This document shows, piece by piece, positions 59,043-64,000 of a stretch of DNA of 64,000 bases. Under the pieces are notes generated by a model. That model worked only from the letters and a program-made list of their open reading frames with translations. It made no database searches and was not told the origin of the DNA. Position 1 is the stretch's first letter. Every line of letters starts with the position of its first letter. Source of the stretch: Pseudomonas sp. (GTDB lineage Bacteria; Pseudomonadota; Gammaproteobacteria; Pseudomonadales; Pseudomonadaceae). The translations under genes were made by a program, and so were the position numbers. The stretch spans positions 2,540 through 66,539 of the forward strand of contig NZ_JAYGFK010000022.1 in assembly GCF_046581935.1 (NCBI RefSeq), read 5' to 3'.

Positions 59043-59600
59043 ATGTCCGTCGATCTCGCGCATATCCGCCAAGTCATGGCCGAAGCAGATTGCCTGTACA
59101 GCAATGCCGAAGTTGAAGCGGCCATTGATCAGGTAGCCGCCAAGATCAACGGCGAGCTAGCCGAGAGCAATCCGGTGGTGTTCTGTGTGATGAATGGCGG
59201 CTTGATCTTCTCTGGCAAGTTGCTGCCCAAGCTCAACTTTCCGCTGGAACTGTCCTACCTGCATGCCACCCGTTATCGCAATCAAACCAGCGGCGGCGAG
59301 CTATTCTGGAAGGCTAAACCGGAAATTTCCTTTATCGACCGCGATGTGCTGATCATCGACGACATTCTCGATGAAGGTCACACCCTCGGCGCGATCATCG
59401 ACTTCTGCCATCACGCCGGTGCCCGCGCGGTGCACACTGCCGTGCTGATCGACAAGGATCATGACCGCAAGGCGCGGCCGGATCTGAAAGCCAATTACGT
59501 TGGTCTGCCGTGCATCGACCGCTACATCTTCGGTTATGGCATGGACTACAAGGGCTACTGGCGCAACGCGCCGGGCATCTATGCAGTTAAAGGCCTGTAA
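59043..59600 (+). CDS. hpt: Hypoxanthine-guanine phosphoribosyltransferase
   Basis: VLIIDDILDEGHT, YIFGYGMDY. Confidence 0.92.
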   Translation: MSVDLAHIRQVMAEADCLYSNAEVEAAIDQVAAKINGELAESNPVVFCVMNGGLIFSGKLLPKLNFPLELSYLHATRYRNQTSGGELFWKAKPEISFIDRDVLIIDDILDEGHTLGAIIDFCHHAGARAVHTAVLIDKDHDRKARPDLKANYVGLPCIDRYIFGYGMDYKGYWRNAPGIYAVKGL

Positions 59601-59604
59601 GCAG

Positions 59605-59655
59605 GTAGCCCGGATGTAATCCGGGGGCAGGTTATGCGCCTGCATTCCCCGGATC
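59605..59655. repeat. GTAG-type REP with a degenerate partner
   Basis: GTAGCCCGGATGTAATCCGGG followed by a partial inverted copy. Confidence 0.65.
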
Positions 59656-59663
59656 ACCGCCAG

Positions 59664-61406
59664 TTACATGGCCGCTGTTTGCTCTTCGGCCTTTGGCGCA
59701 AGCCAGCGCAGGGCCTTTTCTCTGGCTTGTTCCAGGTCGCGTACATAGGCCAGTTGCCCCTCTACGCGGACAATTCCGGCGCGGCGCAATTGCAGGCGTA
59801 CTTGTGGCGTCAGGCCGCACAGCACTAGGCCGACATGTTGCTCGCGGTAATCGCGCAGTACGTTGCCCAGCGCGGCAATGGCAGTCATGTCCAGCAGCGG
59901 CACCGCGCTGATATCGACGATTACCACCTTTACCCCAGGGGTAAAGCGGCGCAGCACACTCAGGGCTTTTTCCGCCGCGCCAAAGAACAGCGGCCCACGA
60001 ATGGCATAGGCCAGCACGTGTTCGGGCAGGTCATTGAGTGCCCGATGAAAGTGCTTGGGCAGGGATTCGGTGTCGGTCAGGTCGCTCATGCGCTTGATAA
60101 ACAAACCGGCGGCCAGCAACAGGCCGACCGCGACAGCCAGCACCATGTCGAACAGCACGGTGAGAATCAGGCAGGTCAGCAGTACCAGCACATCACCGCG
60201 CGGTGCGATGCGTAAGGTGTGGCTTACATGGCGGGGCTCGCTCATGTTCCACGCCACCATCAGCAGCAAGGCCGCCAATGCCGCCATCGGCAGATAACTG
60301 AACAGCGGTGCAAGAAACAGAATGGCAATCAGCACCACACCGGCATGGATAATCGCCGCCATCGGCGAGTAGGCTCCGGCGCGCACGTTGGCGGCGCTGC
60401 GAGCAATCGCGGCAGTGGCGGTGATGCCGCCAAACAGTGGCGCAACCAGGTTGCCGATGCCCTGGCCGATCAGCTCGCCATTGGGATCATGCTTGCTGCC
60501 GGTCATGCCGTCCGCGACCACCGCACACAACAACGACTCGATAGCCCCCAGCATGGCGATAGCAAAGGCCGGGGCGAGCAGTTTGCGGAAAAGCTCAAAG
60601 TTCACATGCAGCGGCTGGCCGTCTGCGCCCGGCAACTGCCAGGGCCAGATAAACGTGGGCAGAAATGGCGGAATCCCGGGATGTTCAATGCCGTTCAGGC
60701 TGTAGCTGAAGCGCTCACCCAGGGTTGCCACGGGAATCTGCAGGCGCTCTAACAGCAAGCCGAGCAGCGCACCGATGGCCAGCGCCACCAAATGCCCGGG
60801 GACTTTCGGCACCCAGCGCGGCCAGACCAGCAGCACCGCCAGGCACACCAGGGCCACCACACTGTCGCCCAGTTGTAGGCTGGGCATGGCGTGCAGCAGG
60901 CCATTGAGTTGCTCGATGTAGTTGTGCGGCGTTCTGCTCAGGTGCAGGCCGAATAGATCCTTGATCTGTAGGGTGGCGATCACAATGCCAATGCCGGCGG
61001 TAAAGCCCAGCGTCACCGGGTAGGGGATAAATTCGATCAGCCGGCCGGCGCGCATCAGCCCGAGGGTAATCAAAATCACCCCTGCCATCAGGGTGCACAG
61101 CAATAAACCGCCGAGGCCGAACTGCTGGGTGACCGGCAGCAGAATCACCACAAAGGCGGCGGTCGGCCCAGAAACGTTGAAGCGCGAACCGCCAAACAGG
61201 GCAATCAGCGTACCTGCCACCAACACCGTATACAGGCCATGTTGCGGCGCGACTCCCGCAGCAATAGCCAAGGCCATGGCCAGCGGAATGGCGATGACGC
61301 CAACCGTCAGGCCGGCGCTCAGGTCACTGCGTAGGTTCTTCCAGCCGTAGCCGGCACGCAGCGTTTGACGCCAGGCGGAGAACAGCGGCGGTAAGTGCAG
61401 TGACAT
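59664..61406 (-). CDS. dauA: SulP/DauA-family anion or dicarboxylate transporter with STAS domain
   Basis: PLAMALAIA, GPTAAF, GAIESLL, NVRAGA, STAS GPLFFGAA. Confidence 0.85.
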   Translation of the reverse strand: MSLHLPPLFSAWRQTLRAGYGWKNLRSDLSAGLTVGVIAIPLAMALAIAAGVAPQHGLYTVLVAGTLIALFGGSRFNVSGPTAAFVVILLPVTQQFGLGGLLLCTLMAGVILITLGLMRAGRLIEFIPYPVTLGFTAGIGIVIATLQIKDLFGLHLSRTPHNYIEQLNGLLHAMPSLQLGDSVVALVCLAVLLVWPRWVPKVPGHLVALAIGALLGLLLERLQIPVATLGERFSYSLNGIEHPGIPPFLPTFIWPWQLPGADGQPLHVNFELFRKLLAPAFAIAMLGAIESLLCAVVADGMTGSKHDPNGELIGQGIGNLVAPLFGGITATAAIARSAANVRAGAYSPMAAIIHAGVVLIAILFLAPLFSYLPMAALAALLLMVAWNMSEPRHVSHTLRIAPRGDVLVLLTCLILTVLFDMVLAVAVGLLLAAGLFIKRMSDLTDTESLPKHFHRALNDLPEHVLAYAIRGPLFFGAAEKALSVLRRFTPGVKVVIVDISAVPLLDMTAIAALGNVLRDYREQHVGLVLCGLTPQVRLQLRRAGIVRVEGQLAYVRDLEQAREKALRWLAPKAEEQTAAM

Positions 61407-61619
61407 GGTGACTCCTAGGGTGCGGAACTGCTTTTGTTGGATTGATCGCGCAGCAAAGAACCGAGGGCGCATTATAGGGCCGCGTGCCGTCTACTGTGTT
61501 GACCTGCGTCGAGCCGTTCCGGCGCAGCGCTAAACCCCTTGTTATGCCTGCATCCGTTGAGCCGCTGACCGCCCCGGAGGTACACTGCCGGCCCCGTGTG
61601 GCCTGGTTAGCTGGAGTGA

Positions 61620-61910
61620 ATGATGCGTAAAGACAAGAAACAGGTGATTGGCGAAGAGATTGGTGACGAGCCGATCAAGCTGTTCCTCGGCGTAGAACCG
61701 GCCGATGCCACGCCACCGTCGCTGCACAAACTGGTCAAGGCTTACCGTGGTCTGCGTATCGATGATTTCGAGCGCTTTGTCGGCTTCTTTGTTGCCGCCG
61801 GCTATGACCTGAATGCCCAAGATGCCCAAGGCAATGACTTTGTTGCACTGATCCAGGATCAGCGTTTTGCTGAACCCTATATCGACGTGATCAAAGCCGC
61901 TCGCGGCTGA
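61620..61910 (+). CDS. PA4642-family protein
   Basis: RKDKKQVIGEEI, LVKAYRGLRIDDFERF. Confidence 0.85.
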   Translation: MMRKDKKQVIGEEIGDEPIKLFLGVEPADATPPSLHKLVKAYRGLRIDDFERFVGFFVAAGYDLNAQDAQGNDFVALIQDQRFAEPYIDVIKAARG

Positions 61911-62071
61911 AACGTGCCTTTCGCCAGGCCGTTTTATCTGGCCTGGCTCCGCGTTTTGCTCCGTGCAGAGCGCTGCGCTTCATTCTCTTGTTGCACCACA
62001 GCTAGCGCGGGCAAGCCCGCTCCTACACAAGCAAAGCCAGCCCTCCCTGGATCTGTGCTCATGCCAGATCC

Positions 62072-62136
62072 GTAGCCCGGATGTAATCCGGGGCGTTTTG
62101 CGCAAATGAGCATTTCCCGGATTTCATCCAGGCTAC
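62072..62136. repeat. GTAG-type REP doublet
   Basis: GTAGCCCGGATGTAATCCGGG ... CCCGGATTTCATCCAGGCTAC. Confidence 0.8.
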
Positions 62137-62209
62137 GGACTCAATCGTTTCTAAAACTCGCTCTGCTTCTTGCTGATAATCACGTAAATCAATAGTGCTG
62201 GGCGGAGCG

Positions 62210-62222
62210 AGACGACCGGTCA
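62210..62222. promoter_or_regulatory. Candidate TetR operator upstream of the TetR gene
   Basis: AGACGACCGGTCA, identical to 62851-62863, with a GACCGGTC palindromic core. Confidence 0.6.
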
Positions 62223-62235
62223 TATTCTTGTCGAC

Positions 62236-62829
62236 ATGAACTCCAGTATCCGACTCGACAAGCGTGACTTGATCCTCGCCAAAGGTGCCGAGGTGATGAC
62301 CCGGCGTGGTTATCACGGTGCCGGCGTGCAGGAAATCGTTCAGGCGGCCGGGGTGCCAAAAGGCTCCTTTTACCACTACTTCGCCAGCAAAGAAGACTTC
62401 GCCCTGCAAGCCTTGCAGCAGGTCTACCAGCCGCGCCTGGCGCGCTATGCCGAAGCCCTGAGTAATCCGGCGCTAAGTCCACGTGAACGCATCCTCGGTT
62501 ATTACGCGGAACTGGTGGAGCACTTCGCCCGGCAGGAGCGCCTGGAATACCACTGCTTTATTGGCAGCCTGAGTTTCGAGATGGCCGAGCTGTCGCCAAC
62601 GCTGGGTGCGCAGGTTGATGCGATTTTGCAGCAGTCCGCCGACACCTTGCAGCGCTGCCTGGAGCAGGCGCAGGCCGCCGGTGAGCTGGCCGCCGATGAG
62701 GACTGCCGCAACCTGGCGAGCTTTATCGCCAACGCCTGGCAAGGCGCGCTGACTCGCCTCAAGGTGGCTAACAACACCCAGGCGCTAAGCGACTTTATCC
62801 AGCGCTTGCAGCTGTTGCTGCGGGCCTGA
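62236..62829 (+). CDS. TetR-family regulator (NemR/AcuR-like)
   Basis: GYHGAGVQEIVQAAGVPKGSFYHYFASKEDF, CFIGSL, WQGA. Confidence 0.92.
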   Translation: MNSSIRLDKRDLILAKGAEVMTRRGYHGAGVQEIVQAAGVPKGSFYHYFASKEDFALQALQQVYQPRLARYAEALSNPALSPRERILGYYAELVEHFARQERLEYHCFIGSLSFEMAELSPTLGAQVDAILQQSADTLQRCLEQAQAAGELAADEDCRNLASFIANAWQGALTRLKVANNTQALSDFIQRLQLLLRA

Positions 62830-62850
62830 TTTTTTAAAACTACTTCAACA

Positions 62851-62863
62851 AGACGACCGGTCA
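62851..62863. promoter_or_regulatory. Candidate TetR operator upstream of the OYE gene
   Basis: AGACGACCGGTCA repeat. Confidence 0.6.
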
Positions 62864-62880
62864 CCTGGCCGGGTAGAGGA

Positions 62881-63996
62881 ATGATGATGACCGATTCCGT
62901 TAAAGCACTGTTCCAGCCGTTTACTCTGGGCAACCTGGAGCTGCCAACCCGTGTGGTAATGGCGCCGATGACGCGTTCTTTTTCGCCGGGCGGTGTGCCT
63001 AACAGCAAGGTTATCGAGTACTACCGTCGTCGCGCGGCGGCCGGTGTAGGCCTGATCGTCACCGAAGGCACCACGGTCGGCCACAAAGCGGCCAACGGTT
63101 ACCCGAACGTGCCGCGCTTCTACGGCGAAGACGCCCTGGCCGGCTGGCAGAAAGTGGTCGAAGCGGTTCACGCCGAAGGCGGCAAGATCGTCCCGCAGCT
63201 GTGGCACGTGGGCAATGTGCGCAAGCTGGGCACCGAGCCAGATGCCAGCGTGCCGGGTTACGGCCCGAGCGAGAAAATCAAAGAAGGCAACGTGGTTGTG
63301 CACGGCATGACCCAGGACGACATCAATGAGGTGATCGCCGCCTTCGCCCAGGCCGCCAAAGATGCCCAAACCATCGGCATGGACGGCGTGGAAATTCACG
63401 GTGCCCACGGCTATCTGGTCGACCAGTTCTTCTGGGAAGGCAGCAACCAGCGCACCGATGGTTACGGTGGCGATCTGGCCCAGCGCTCTCGCTTTGCCAT
63501 TGAACTGGTCCAGGCCGTGCGTGCTGCTGTAGGTCCGGACTTCCCGATCATCTTCCGCTTCTCGCAGTGGAAGCAGCAGGATTACAGCGCTCGCCTGGTG
63601 GAAACCCCGCAAGCTCTGGAAGCCTTCCTCAAGCCGCTGTCTGACGCCGGCGTGGATATCTTCCACTGCTCGACCCGGCGCTTCTGGGAGCCTGAGTTTG
63701 AAGGCTCGGATCTCAACCTGGCGGGCTGGACGCGCAAGCTGACCGGCAAGCCGACCATCACCGTTGGCAGCGTTGGTCTGGATGGCGAGTTCCTCCAGTT
63801 TATGGTCAACACCGACAAAGTGGCCCAGCCAGCCAGCCTGGAAAACCTGCTGGAGCGCCTGAACAAACAGGAGTTCGACCTAGTTGCCGTAGGCCGTGCG
63901 CTGCTGGTCGACCCTGATTGGGCGGTGAAGGTGCGTGATGGCCGCGAGCAGGACATTCTGCCGTTTAGTCGTGACGCGCTGACCAGCTTGGTCTGA
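62881..63996 (+). CDS. NADH:flavin oxidoreductase (old yellow enzyme family)
   Basis: VVMAPMTRS, PQLWHVG, EIHGAHGYL, RTDGYGG, VAVGRALL. Confidence 0.93.
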   Translation: MMMTDSVKALFQPFTLGNLELPTRVVMAPMTRSFSPGGVPNSKVIEYYRRRAAAGVGLIVTEGTTVGHKAANGYPNVPRFYGEDALAGWQKVVEAVHAEGGKIVPQLWHVGNVRKLGTEPDASVPGYGPSEKIKEGNVVVHGMTQDDINEVIAAFAQAAKDAQTIGMDGVEIHGAHGYLVDQFFWEGSNQRTDGYGGDLAQRSRFAIELVQAVRAAVGPDFPIIFRFSQWKQQDYSARLVETPQALEAFLKPLSDAGVDIFHCSTRRFWEPEFEGSDLNLAGWTRKLTGKPTITVGSVGLDGEFLQFMVNTDKVAQPASLENLLERLNKQEFDLVAVGRALLVDPDWAVKVRDGREQDILPFSRDALTSLV

Positions 63997-64000
63997 TGCT

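Overview
Pseudomonas chromosomal window; gene content and order match the P. aeruginosa PA4689-PA4640 region. The core backbone is pqiB/letB (partial), mksBEF condensin, holD-rimI, can, ychF-pth-rplY-prs-tRNA-Gln x2-ispE-lolB-lbcA, hemA-prfA-prmC-moeB-murI, a light/oxidative-stress cluster (ybgA-litR-phrB-ufa/cfa genes, with three TGTACA-N12-TGTACA-type boxes), hemH, uraA-upp-hpt, a SulP transporter and a TetR/OYE pair. Three accessory parts stand out. (1) A ~12 kb block between mksF and holD carries four tightly packed, secreted DUF6160/FilA-like proteins that share an N-terminal LxDxxLSxVxG motif (candidate uncharacterised fibre/pilus system), a carboxy(nor)spermidine pathway pair and an AtuA/CitMHS/LysR catabolic cluster. 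(2) A 7,969-bp element integrated in the 3' half of tRNA-Met has the order int-hyp-alpA-hyp-primpol/DUF3987-ori-cargo and no capsid or packaging genes, so it looks like a minimalist phage satellite. It contains a mirror-symmetric 10-iteron origin candidate and an RHH two-gene module. (3) A decayed 1.3 kb remnant beside it holds a truncated cysC and a frameshifted gene with an RxxxxH motif. No CRISPR array or rRNA was seen. All family calls come from motif recognition by eye, not database searches.
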